A stretch of DNA of 63,759 bases, filler included, from Octopus bimaculoides (Eukaryota): assembly GCF_001194135.2 (NCBI RefSeq). It is 6 parts of 6 records of this genome, joined end to end, with 100 filler letters (N's around TTAATTAATTAA, not from the genome) between each part and the next. Parts side by side here need not be neighbours in the genome. Positions count along the whole stretch, not along the records: positions 46,525 to 54,223 come from NC_068989.1; positions 54,324 to 58,459 come from NC_068985.1; positions 58,560 to 61,136 come from NC_068987.1; positions 61,237 to 63,759 come from NC_068981.1; 2 more parts are not named here. The stretch is one strand, 5' to 3'. Each line of letters opens with the position of its first letter. The stretch's first letter is position 1. Position numbers and translations under genes: made by a program. The notes below the pieces were generated by a model, which was not told where the DNA came from, made no database searches, and worked only from the letters and a program-made list of their open reading frames with translations. Below, piece by piece: positions 52,341 to 63,759 of this stretch.

Positions 52341-54668
52341 CGGCGACCGATGTCCGTCGATGGAGTGTCCCTTAAGGATTAAAACAAGTACCTTGAAAAT
52401 TGTACCGGTTATTTTCCTGTAGTTTGCACATTAACGTATATATCATAGAAATTGTGTACTTATATATATACACATTTACGTGCATATACATACATACACA
52501 CACACACACACACGCATACACACACACACACACACACACGCACATATATATATAGATATAGATATAGATTCAGATAAAGATATATATACACACACACACA
52601 CTCATATACATGTGTATGGATATATAATGCATTATTTGATTTTATTAAAGTTGTGTTACATATTCATTGTATAAAATTATATACACAGCGAAATGCTCGA
52701 AGTTTAAGAGCGTACACATACAGGGGTGCACGTTGGGATATACACACAGACACACAGACACGACATGTTAAACATTTCCATGTAACTGTACCTGTATATA
52801 CATTCACATAAACACATATACACACATATACACGTGTAGATATATTTATATATCATATATACACGGCTACGCTGTTTTTATAAAGTCGCAGGTACACATA
52901 CAAATACATGCACATATATACACATATATATTTATATATACGTATATATCTATATCTATATATATATTCATACGCATACGCGCACACGTACACAAACATA
53001 CACACATATCCACACCCAAACTAATAAAGAGAAAGACGAGTTTATACTATTCATACAGAACGCTTGTCTGTGAACTCACAAACACGTCGATTTTCTATAC
53101 CTGGTTTTATATAAACACACTGGAAAATATACAAATTAATTCAACACATATACAGGTAAGAACCGCTTACTTACTTTGTAGATACACACACACACACACA
53201 CATACACATATATGTTATATTGACTCTAATGTACATAATATTACTGTTGTTGTTGTTGTTAGTGGGGGTGATGTTTAGCCCCAGGTAATTCTCACCAGGT
53301 ATTCTAATCAGGACCACACAGCATTTTTCTTTTCGTGTTATGGAATTGTCCTGCTATTTAACCCAAGGCGGGATATGATCCACTTGGCTTTTAGATCGAA
53401 CTGCTTTAGCAGTGATCATTACGTCTATTATCCTTTCTTCTTCCTATTTTTTTCTCCTAGAAGTATTGTGCATTGGGGGAACCAAATTACCGAATGTATC
53501 CGCCGTAATAACAAAAATAGTTAATTGATAATTAATAAGCACAGGCAGTGCGCGATTTGAAAGAGATTTAGCTGTTATTTCGAGCTGGTCTGAACCTTCG
53601 CGCAGAGGTTTATTACGTTAGAGAGCTGCGTTATTATTATTATTATTATTATTTTATATATATAAAGCATTGCGATGCCTTATATTTGATGATTTTGTTT
53701 TTCCTGATATTACTGTTGTTGTTACAGATGATGATGGTGTGTTCGTATTGTTTCTGTAGTGAGATGTTGATGTTATAGTTGTTGTTAGAGATATCCGATA
53801 ACGTGTAGATCGAAGGAAACTCCACGCAGAGGCCAGGCAAAAGGAAGTAAAACATTTCGCTGTAGATATTTGTCCCAGAACTTTGAGTTCAAACCCTACC
53901 GAGGTCAACGATGAATTTAACACTTTTCGAAAAGGAACCATCCTAGACGTACACGCACATTTATATACTTACCTGTATGCTTGTATAAATTTATATTTAT
54001 ATATACAAAGACACACGTGTATGTGTGTGTGTGTGTATAATAGTGTGTGCGCGTGTGTAATCGACTCGCAGAGAGCTGCGCCAGCATAAATATAACAAAT
54101 GGGGCTGGCAGGCAAGCGGAGAAGAGTCCAAATCCACGCCCATCTGTAGGGGTTCAGAATGACAGGTAAAGTGACAGAACACCTGCCTGATATACATACC
54201 TATATATATATATATATATATATNNNNNNNNNNNNNNNNNNNNNNNNNNNNNNNNNNNNNNNNNNNNTTAATTAATTAANNNNNNNNNNNNNNNNNNNNN
54301 NNNNNNNNNNNNNNNNNNNNNNNTATATATATATATATATATATATATATGCATGCAGATAAATATACTCACGCATTAAGTGCAGATACATTAAAAAACA
54401 AACACACCCCTACATTTCCCTAACTAACTCATACAGACATACACACAAACATAAACACATGCCCCTCCCCACAATACAGACATGTTCCCACACCCGTACA
54501 TATACACACACATTCATATGCGCGCACAAGATTCTATAAGATGAATCGGACTATGAAAGAGATGAAACAAACTTGTACACACGATTATCGCTGTTGTTGT
54601 TGTTGTTGTTGCTGCCGTTGCTGCTGTTACTGCTACCACCACCACCTCCACCTCCACCACCATTGCTT

Positions 54669-54716
<48 letters not shown>

Positions 54717-55325
54717 GTAGAGTGTTTATGATCATCATCACCACCACCACCACCATCGTCATCATTGTCGTCATCATCATCATCATAATAGTAATCAAAG
54801 CTCCAGCCAGTACAACCAGCGTCCTCAACAACAGCAGTGACAGCGGCAGCAGCAGCAGCATTTCACCATCACCAACATCGTCTTCGTTACCATTATCACA
54901 ATCTTCACCATTACCATCATCACCTCTTCTACTACAACCATCATTATCAGAAACAACAAGAACAATAACAAAACAATTGAAGCTCTGGCATCATCATCAT
55001 CAACAAACTGCTATACTGGTTGCACTGAGAAACCTTTGCATTGTACAGACATACGGGAAAATAACAGAACATTTCAACAATATGGCCTCCGATATCCAAA
55101 AGATCAGAGAACTCCAACCAAAGTGACTCAGCAGTGACGCTCTTCTCATAAAAGAGGTGGAAAAACTGTGAATCTACCGCCCTTACCCAGAGTACAACAC
55201 TTACGCACTGTTCATTTCGTTAGCATTCATACATACGTACACACACACAGATATACCACATATACATATTCATAGAACATACATACTTACATAGATGCCT
55301 ACACACAAACATGCGTACGTTTGCA

Positions 55326-55371
<46 letters not shown>

Positions 55372-55592
55372 TACACATATTGATATATGTATATATACTT
55401 ATACATATATGTGTGTGTATTGGTCGGTATGAATTAGATTAAAATTCAGTATCTTATCCGTATTGCTACACTTCACACGCTTCTAAATGTTGCATTAGCA
55501 ACGTATGTTTTCTTCGTATCAAACAAAAGTTGTGTACATAATATACACACACACACACATACATACATACATATATATATATATACATACAT

Positions 55593-55624
<32 letters not shown>

Positions 55625-56581
55625 GCAAACACGTCTATATACGTATATCGGTGTGTGTGTGTGTAAACATAACGCATGTAATTATAGAAATCGTAAATAT
55701 GTTAATATTCAAATGACTTCCGTCATCTTGTTTCCGCATCCACGCAATTATATATATATATATATATATATATNNNNNNNNNNNNNNNNNNNNNNNNNNN
55801 NNNNNNNNNNNNNNNNNNNNNNNNNNNNNNNNNNNNNNNNNNNNNNNNNNNNNNNNNNNNNNNNNNNNNNNNNNNNNNNNNNNNNNNNNNNNNNNNNNNN
55901 NNNNNNNNNNNNNNNNNNNNNNNNNNNNNNNNNNNNNNNNNNNNNNNNNNNNNNNNNNNNNNNNNNNNNNNNNNNNNNNNNNNNNNNNNNNNNNNNNNNN
56001 NNNNNNNNNNNNNNNNNNNNNNNNNNNNNNNNNNNNNNNNNNNNNNNNNNNNNNNNNNNNNNNNNNNNNNNNNNNNNNNNNNNNNNNNNNNNNNNNNNNN
56101 NNNNNNNNNNNNNNNNNNNNNNNNNNNNNNNNNNNNNNNNNNNNNNNNNNNNNNNNNNNNNNNNNNNNNNNNNNNNNNNNNNNNNNNNNNNNNNNNNNNN
56201 NNNNNNNNNNNNNNNNNNNNNNNNNNNNNNNNNNNNNNNNNNNNNNNNNNNNNNNNNNNNNNNNNNNNNNNNNNNNNNNNNNNNNNNNNNNNNNNNNNNN
56301 NNNNNNNNNNNNNNNNNNNNNNNNNNNNNNNNNNNNNNNNNNNNNNNNNNNNNNNNNNNNNNNNNNNNNNNNNNNNNNNNNNNNNNNNNNNNNNNNNNNN
56401 NNNNNNNNNNNNNNNNNNNNNNNNNNNNNNNNNNNNNNNNNNNNNNNNNNNNNNNNNNNNNNNNNNNNNNNNNNNNNNNNNNNNNNNNNNNNNNNNNNNN
56501 NNNNNNNNNNNNNNNNNNNNNNNNNNNNNNNNNNNNNNNNNNNNNNNNNNNNNNNNNNNNNNNNNNNNNNNNNNNNNNNNN

Positions 56582-56792
56582 CTATCGCAGCGTTACTCAA
56601 GAAACAGGAAGAAAGAATGAAAGAAAGTTGGGGCGAAAGAGTACAACAGGGGTTGCCACCACCCCTGCCGGAACCTCGTGGTGCTTAGGTGTTTTCGCTC
56701 AATAAACACTCACAACGCCCGGTTTGGGAATCGAGACCGCGATCCTCCGACCGCAAGTCCGCTGCCCTAAGCACTGGGCCATTGCGCCTCCA
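56582..56792 (-). mobile_element. SINE head A + start of tail 2
   Basis: The head matches 1500-1883; ATCGCAGCGTTACTCAAGAAACAGG is the reverse complement of the tail-2 start at ~26620. Confidence 0.85.
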
Positions 56793-58368
56793 CTACAAAA
56801 CATATAATGTTTTGTTTTTCGAAGTTGGACTAAAGGTTATATGTTTTGGAGTGAGGTGTATATAGTCGATCAAATTGACTCTTCATTACTACATATTTTG
56901 CACATCCCTGAAGATGAGAAGACAAAATCGAACTCTGTGGGATTTGAACTTAAAATGTAAATGAACATAATTATGTACAGTGTGACATGTTTTCCCCAGT
57001 TCATTTACTTCACCGATTTTGCCACCGAGCGCTCTTTTCTAACTATGGCATTAATTTTCATTCAGCCGGTTTTTTTAAAAATCCATATTTGGGCGAAACT
57101 ACAATATGCTATTAAAGGCTTATCTACAGTGGCGTAGCTAGAATGTCAGTAGGGAGAGCCTCTGAGTCTGTTTTTCCTTACTGGCAAATAGCAGACATCC
57201 CCTTAAAAGCGACGCCCGGGAGAGATCACCTGTCTCCCTCTGTGCAATAGCTACGCTACTGCTTATCTATATTTGTTGTAGGCCTATATGTGTCCATGCT
57301 GGCCAACTGTGATCGATATGAGGCACTCTCGTAGCTAAGTGATCAACACTTGTCTTCAGCACCTAGGTGGAATTTGAACTCAACGCACAAACTACGGGAT
57401 AGATAACTCCAAAACATCTATTTTAACTTCTAGCGATTCTTTCAATCTACCAACCACGATGGTACTTCATTTATCGACCGCGAAAATACTAAAGGCAAAG
57501 CTGACGTCGACGGAATTTGAAATCAGAGACTACAGAGAGACAGAACAAATACGGCAAGCCTTTATTCTCGACCCTCTAACAACTGTTAGTTCAGTACTCT
57601 TTAACACGTGACCTGAGTATGACTTTCAACTGCATCGGGTAGTGGGGCCTTGTTTTGGGGATTCCAGGGTTTTCAGAAGTGTGGACCCACTGCTTAACCA
57701 CAATTGTTCCCAGGTCTTCTTTGAACCGGAGTAGTATCATCTGTCGGGGACCCAGCTATGGATCAGTTAGCATATTAGGGCTTACCTACCTATGTATGTA
57801 AAAACTGGACGCAGCAGACTCTGAGGAAGAAGCCGTCAAAGTTCAAAGGAGAGGAAGGCGGCTGCAGCAACGCACTGGAAGAATGCAGAGAACAAGATGA
57901 AGCAAGTAAGACATCTTGGTCTTCCAGTACATCCGTCTCCAACCCAAGTCGTCTTGGTCTGGTTTTGCCACTGGATGGCCACAGAAAAGAGTTGACATTG
58001 ACTGTGCACAACTCTTTCTTCTCTTTAAACAAAGTCACCATGCGAGTCATCAGTGATTCTTAAGGATGATTCGATGGTCATCGTCGCCCAGACAGACGAA
58101 CATGCAACATAAGGCACAAGACTTCAAACTTTGTGTGAACGAACAATCACTAACGTCGATTATGTAGATTCTAGTAATATAAGCGATGTTTTATTAAATT
58201 TTATTAATTTTATTGAATATAATTAATCTGAAGGGAATTGAACGTAAAGACAATTCTACTTAAAACGTAGAGCGACGTGAGTAAATACCACAAGGCAGCC
58301 AGTGCACCACGGCACCGCCATTAATAAATATCGTAATATTTTCCTATATTTATGTGCATGTTGTGCAT

Positions 58369-58399
<31 letters not shown>

Positions 58400-58567
58400 C
58401 GTATTTAATGCTATTTTGCATTTAAATATTTAAATGCTAAAAAGGACTTCTGAAATGACNNNNNNNNNNNNNNNNNNNNNNNNNNNNNNNNNNNNNNNNN
58501 NNNTTAATTAATTAANNNNNNNNNNNNNNNNNNNNNNNNNNNNNNNNNNNNNNNNNNNNTTTGTATG

Positions 58568-58598
<31 letters not shown>

Positions 58599-58827
58599 CC
58601 ATACATACATACACATATACATACATATATATATATATGCATATAAGCATGCATGTATGTATGGATATATGTATGTATGTGTACATATTTATATGTATAT
58701 GTATATAGGTATATGTATGTGTACATATGTATGTATATGCATATACATATATGTATATATATGTATGTATATGTATATAGATATACATGTTTGTATGTGT
58801 ATATGTATGTATGTATGTATGTATGAT

Positions 58828-58861
<34 letters not shown>

Positions 58862-59381
58862 TGTATATAAATGAGTATATGTAGGTTGTGCATGTAGAAT
58901 TGTAAGTAGCACATATATGTCCTCCAACATAATGCACTTAACAAGTTAGGCATCCAGTGAATTTCCAATCAAAATGAAAATCAATGCAACATAGTACAAA
59001 GCAACCTTGTCATTTCTAGCAAATCATATATGTATGAACAGGCAGAGATAGCAGCCAAATCGCCCTTAGATCACATTATTTTGTCCCCAAAAATAAGGGG
59101 TATGTAGTGGATCATGTAAGCTTTGATATGTTATGTTTGAAATTTGAAAATGAATGACATGGTTATAACAGAAATACCCTTTTATCATTGTATATTTATA
59201 GTTTAGTTCTCTGGAGTTTTTTGGTGTGTTTTATTCTGTGTACTGTCGATGTTCTTTTGGCTTTCATTGCTGTCTTTCTTCACTTGACTTTTTGCTGTTT
59301 TCTAACCCGAACCCTAACCTTATCCCTCTTTTACCCTTTCCCAACAAGCTGTAGTGAATATGAGCACTGTATTAAGCTCAT

Positions 59382-59425
<44 letters not shown>

Positions 59426-60169
59426 NNNNNNNNNNNNNNNNNNNNNNNNNNNNNNNNNNNNNNNNNNNNNNNNNNNNNNNNNNNNNNNNNNNNNNNNNNN
59501 NNNNNNNNNNNNNNNNNNNNNNNNNNNNNNNNNNNNNNNNNNNNNNNNNNNNNNNNNNNNNNNNNNNNNNNNNNNNNNNNNNNNNNNNNNNNNNNNNNNN
59601 NNNNNNNNNNNNNNNNNNNNNNNNNNNNNNNNNNNNNNNNNNNNNNNNNNNNNNNNNNNNNNNNNNNNNNNNNNNNNNNNNNNNNNNNNNNNNNNNNNNN
59701 NNNNNNNNNNNNNNNNNNNNNNNNNNNNNNNNNNNNNNNNNNNNNNNNNNNNNNNNNNNNNNNNNNNNNNNNNNNNNNNNNNNNNNNNNNNNNNNNNNNN
59801 NNNNNNNNNNNNNNNNNNNNNNNNNNNNNNNNNNNNNNNNNNNNNNNNNNNNNNNNNNNNNNNNNNNNNNNNNNNNNNNNNNNNNNNNNNNNNNNNNNNN
59901 NNNNNNNNNNNNNNNNNNNNNNNNNNNNNNNNNNNNNNNNNNNNNNNNNNNNNNNNNNNNNNNNNNNNNNNNNNNNNNNNNNNNNNNNNNNNNNNNNNNN
60001 NNNNNNNNNNNNNNNNNNNNNNNNNNNNNNNNNNNNNNNNNNNNNNNNNNNNNNNNNNNNNNNNNNNNNNNNNNNNNNNNNNNNNNNNNNNNNNNNNNNN
60101 NNNNNNNNNNNNNNNNNNNNNNNNNNNNNNNNNNNNNNNNNNNNNNNNNNNNNNNNNNNNNNNNNNNNN

Positions 60170-60275
60170 TGTATATGGTGTGTTGTGAATTCATGGAAAG
60201 GAATCCCATAAAACTCAACAAATTTGTTGAGTTTTATAGGATTCCTTTCCATAAATTCACAACACACCATATACA
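60170..60275. repeat. 106-bp loopless palindrome (53-bp arms, 2 mismatches)
   Basis: Centre AAA|TTT at 60222/60223; arms checked base by base; abuts an N gap. Confidence 0.93.
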
Positions 60276-60429
60276 AGTATTATTTTCTTATTCACATACT
60301 TATGCCAGAAAGTTACCAGCAAAATATGAAGAAACTATATTAGAAATATTTTTGGGAATCCTCGAAATTAAAGGACAAAATTTAATTCAACCTTTTTACA
60401 CTAACCTCCCGTCTCCATGGCACTGATGT

Positions 60430-60616
60430 TATCTAAGGGAAAGGCAAAGCTTGGCATCAGGGATGTTGCAACTCATTTCTACAGCTTCGTAAACTGGAAC
60501 AACGTGAAATAACGTGTCTTGCCCAAGAACACAATATACAGCCCAGTCAGTGAATTGAACTCACTACTTCATGATTGTGAGCCTGTTGCTCTAACCACTG
60601 AGCGATGTGCTTTCAC
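60430..60616 (-). mobile_element. SINE head B with a different tail
   Basis: Head and GTGTTCTTGGGCAAGACAC module match family B; the 3' part differs from tail 1. Confidence 0.6.
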
Positions 60617-60695
60617 ACACACACACACACACACATACATATATAAAGCACATTATTTTATACACACACACACACATATATAGAGCACATTATTT

Positions 60696-61069
60696 ATATA
60701 TATAATTATATATAAAGGGCATTAATTGTGTATTAATGTCTCATGCTATCGAGGGACTAAATAAGTAAAAAAAAAGTACCAAAAATAAGCAACATATTTA
60801 CCGAAAGCGAGGGAATGCAGCTTTTCAAAATTTATCTCTTAGAAACATTTAACTCAACGGTAGACCACTGGTTTCTCAATCAAATACAGAAAAAACTGTG
60901 AAGTAACCGTTGAGTTAAATGTTTTTAAGAGATAAATTTTGAAAAGCTGCATTCCCTCGCTTTCGGTAAATATGTTGCTTATTTTTGGTAGTTTTTTTAC
61001 TTATTTAGTCCCTTGATAGCGTGAGACATTAATACACAGTTAATGCCCTTTATATATAATTAAATATAT
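60696..61069. mobile_element. ~374-bp foldback MITE (arms ~165 bp, 44-bp spacer) with TA-rich ends
   Basis: Arms 60696-60861 and 60906-61069 are near-perfect reverse complements. Confidence 0.8.
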
Positions 61070-61236
61070 CTATGAAGAAACGATGAATTTTTTCATTACA
61101 AAATTTTTCGTTATTTTTTCATTATGAGGTTTTTTTNNNNNNNNNNNNNNNNNNNNNNNNNNNNNNNNNNNNNNNNNNNNTTAATTAATTAANNNNNNNN
61201 NNNNNNNNNNNNNNNNNNNNNNNNNNNNNNNNNNNN

Positions 61237-63379
61237 TTTCTCTCCGGCTGTCTAATTTATTTGTATATTTGGGTTTATTTTTAATATGTGTCTTTTCATT
61301 GTTTTCCCTGCTAGTATTGTTAGGTTTTAGTGGGCCCGATATATGGTTCCTTTTAGTCTTCTGGGTTTCCCTGTAATTTAAGCTAAACTTATCGTTGTAT
61401 TGCTTAATGTTGGTTCTGTTCAGGTGGTTATTGTATTTCTGTTTCGTCTCGTTGTTAGCCTTAATCGTCCTTTTAATATTATTGGTATTTGTGTTTATAT
61501 TGTTGTTGGTATTTTTGGTGTTATGTGGTTTGGTATTGGGACGTGTTGTATTTCTATTACATGTGTTATGCTTATCTTTGTCGTTCATATCGTTAGTGTG
61601 GTTTCCATCGGTTTTAGGTGCGTTAGTAGTGTGTGTGTTTCTAGCGTTTGGGTTCCTTATAGTTGGGTCTTTTTCATGGTTATTGGAATCGATTAATTTA
61701 ATTTTATGGTTAAATCCTGCCTTATGTAGTGCGCTATTGTAGGTTTCCTTATGCTTATTAAAGATAGCTTGGTTAGAGGAGAGGCGTGATATCCTATTGC
61801 TTATACTATGTGCTAAGCCCCTCTTGAGGAATAGTGGGTGGTTGCTGGATGCATTTATGTATTTTAGGTTAGTATTAAGCTTTATGTATGGTTCATGTAG
61901 TCCTGTGGCTAGGTTGCAATTGGCGTCTAGGTAGTTTATGGATGTGTGTTCGTTTTCTATAGAAATGGCTAGTCCAAATCTTTTGAAGAATTTATGCAAG
62001 TTTTTCTTGATGAGCTCTAGTTTCCTNNNNNNNNNNNNNNNNNNNNNNNNNNNNNNNNNNNNNNNNNNNNNNNNNNNNNNNNNNNNNNNNNNNNNNNNNN
62101 NNNNNNNNNNNNNNNNNNNNNNNNNNNNNNNNNNNNNNNNNNNNNNNNNNNNNNNNNNNNNNNNNNNNNNNNNNNNNNNNNNNNNNNNNNNNNNNNNNNN
62201 NNNNNNNNNNNNNNNNNNNNNNNNNNNNNNNNNNNNNNNNNNNNNNNNNNNNNNNNNNNNNNNNNNNNNNNNNNNNNNNNNNNNNNNNNNNNNNNNNNNN
62301 NNNNNNNNNNNNNNNNNNNNNNNNNNNNNNNNNNNNNNNNNNNNNNNNNNNNNNNNNNNNNNNNNNNNNNNNNNNNNNNNNNNNNNNNNNNNNNNNNNNN
62401 NNNNNNNNNNNNNNNNNNNNNNNNNNNNNNNNNNNNNNNNNNNNNNNNNNNNNNNNNNNNNNNNNNNNNNNNNNNNNNNNNNNNNNNNNNNNNNNNNNNN
62501 NNNNNNNNNNNNNNNNNNNNNNNNNNNNNNNNNNNNNNNNNNNNNNNNNNNNNNNNNNNNNNNNNNNNNNNNNNNNNNNNNNNNNNNNNNNNNNNNNNNN
62601 NNNNNNNNNNNNNNNNNNNNNNNNNNNNNNNNNNNNNNNNNNNNNNNNNNNNNNNNNNNNNNNNNNNNNNNNNNNNNNNNNNNNNNNNNNNNNNNNNNNN
62701 NNNNNNNNNNNNNNNNNNNNNNNNNNNNNNNNNNNNNNNNNNNNNNNNNNNNNNNNNNNNNNNNNNNNNNNNNNNNNNNNNNNNNNNNNNNNNNNNNNNN
62801 NNNNNNNNNNNNNNNNNNGATTCTAGGTCTAAGGGGTATAAATGGTTCAGTTTTTTCGGCTAAGTTGTATTCTAACATGATGTCCTTAGCTGCTAAGTTC
62901 ATGGACCTTAAGGTGCTATCTGGTGTTATTTTATATTTTTTTGTTATTTCTTTATGTAGGAGTTGGTGATATAAGTTGATGTCCATAGTGTAAGAGTTTC
63001 TAGTTTTGTCCGAGTGGACAATAATTCCATTCTGTGATTTTAGTTTGTGCAGTAGGTTTTTAAGGTATCTCTGGTAATTATTCCTTAGTGGGTATCGCTT
63101 GAACTTGATGTTTTTGATGGTGTTCCATATTTCATTTTCAAATGCTTCTAAGTGGCTGTTTAGTGGAGGGGTTTTCTTGGTCCTAAAAGTTCCTTTGGTC
63201 AATTGGTTATTATCTCTGTTGTGGTGTGCCTCATTATGGTCATTTTTATCATGGAATAATGCCTTCCAACGTAGTCAGTGGGTGAAGTCAGTTATTTTAC
63301 TGATGACCTCCTTAAGGTATACATTCTTTGGTGGTATTGGAATGTCCTTTAGGGATGCTTCTATTAGTATCTGCTCCAT
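61237..63379 (-). mobile_element. Penelope-like retroelement RT ORF (partial; one in-frame TGA; core RT in gap; 3' end lost at join)
   Basis: N-terminus ASLKDIPIPP...LRWKALF...FENE; IIVHSDKTRNSYTMD; RT/thumb SINYLDANCNLATGLHEPYIK..YINASSNHP..SISNRISRLSS..ALHKAGF. These are typical PLE motifs. Confidence 0.88.
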
Positions 63380-63759
63380 TATTCAGTGTGTGCCTGTTTA
63401 AAGCTGACTAAGGCAGTCTTAGTCAGGGGTATGTGAATAGGTAAGTGGTAGGTTTGCCTCGATCCTTCAGGGGTAGTCTGAAGCATCCAAGCAACCAGGG
63501 GATGTTTAAATCTGGAGGCACTCTTGGGGATCACCTGTATGGGTACCGTCTTGGGAAGAGGGCGTCCAGAGGCAGGTAATATGTTGCTTAAACCGTAGTT
63601 TATGTATTTACTTGGAGAATGGAGCAACAAATACAAGAAAAAGCATTTTCGTTGGACTAGATAGCCGTTGTTTTATTATGTGGAGCTTGTGAAATGAGTC
63701 AGTGTGGAGGTTTAGGTTATGTAATGAGTCATTTTGTATATTATGTCATAGTCACTTAC

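Noticed and set aside
55055-55165. 111-nt minus-strand exon candidate (FFHLFYEKSV...MFCYFP, or ...SLLSHFGWSS... in another frame)
   Set aside because: Good AG/GT sites, but two minus frames and a plus frame are all open and no homology is recognised. Too ambiguous to call.

Overview
AT-rich, microsatellite-dense animal genomic scaffold with many N gaps. It is mostly intronic or intergenic, and the repeat families suggest a cephalopod, probably Octopus (inference). Well-supported features are a tRNA-Cys(GCA), a 72-nt exon of a receptor guanylyl cyclase kinase-homology domain (minus strand), a Penelope-like RT ORF, two mariner relics, an RTE LINE 3' fragment, many tRNA-derived SINEs built from shared modules, and several foldback/MITE-like inverted repeats. 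The most unusual structure is a ~2.07 kb inverted duplication between two (TA)n tracts (43901-45972). Its right arm holds three phase-compatible exon-like segments of a small Cys-rich protein I do not recognise. Also notable are hammerhead-ribozyme-like motifs (one with a non-canonical core), a CpG-decayed domain at ~31-43 kb, and a 106-bp loopless palindrome. Almost all long ORFs in the supplied track are microsatellite or N-gap artefacts. All coordinates and alignments were read by eye.
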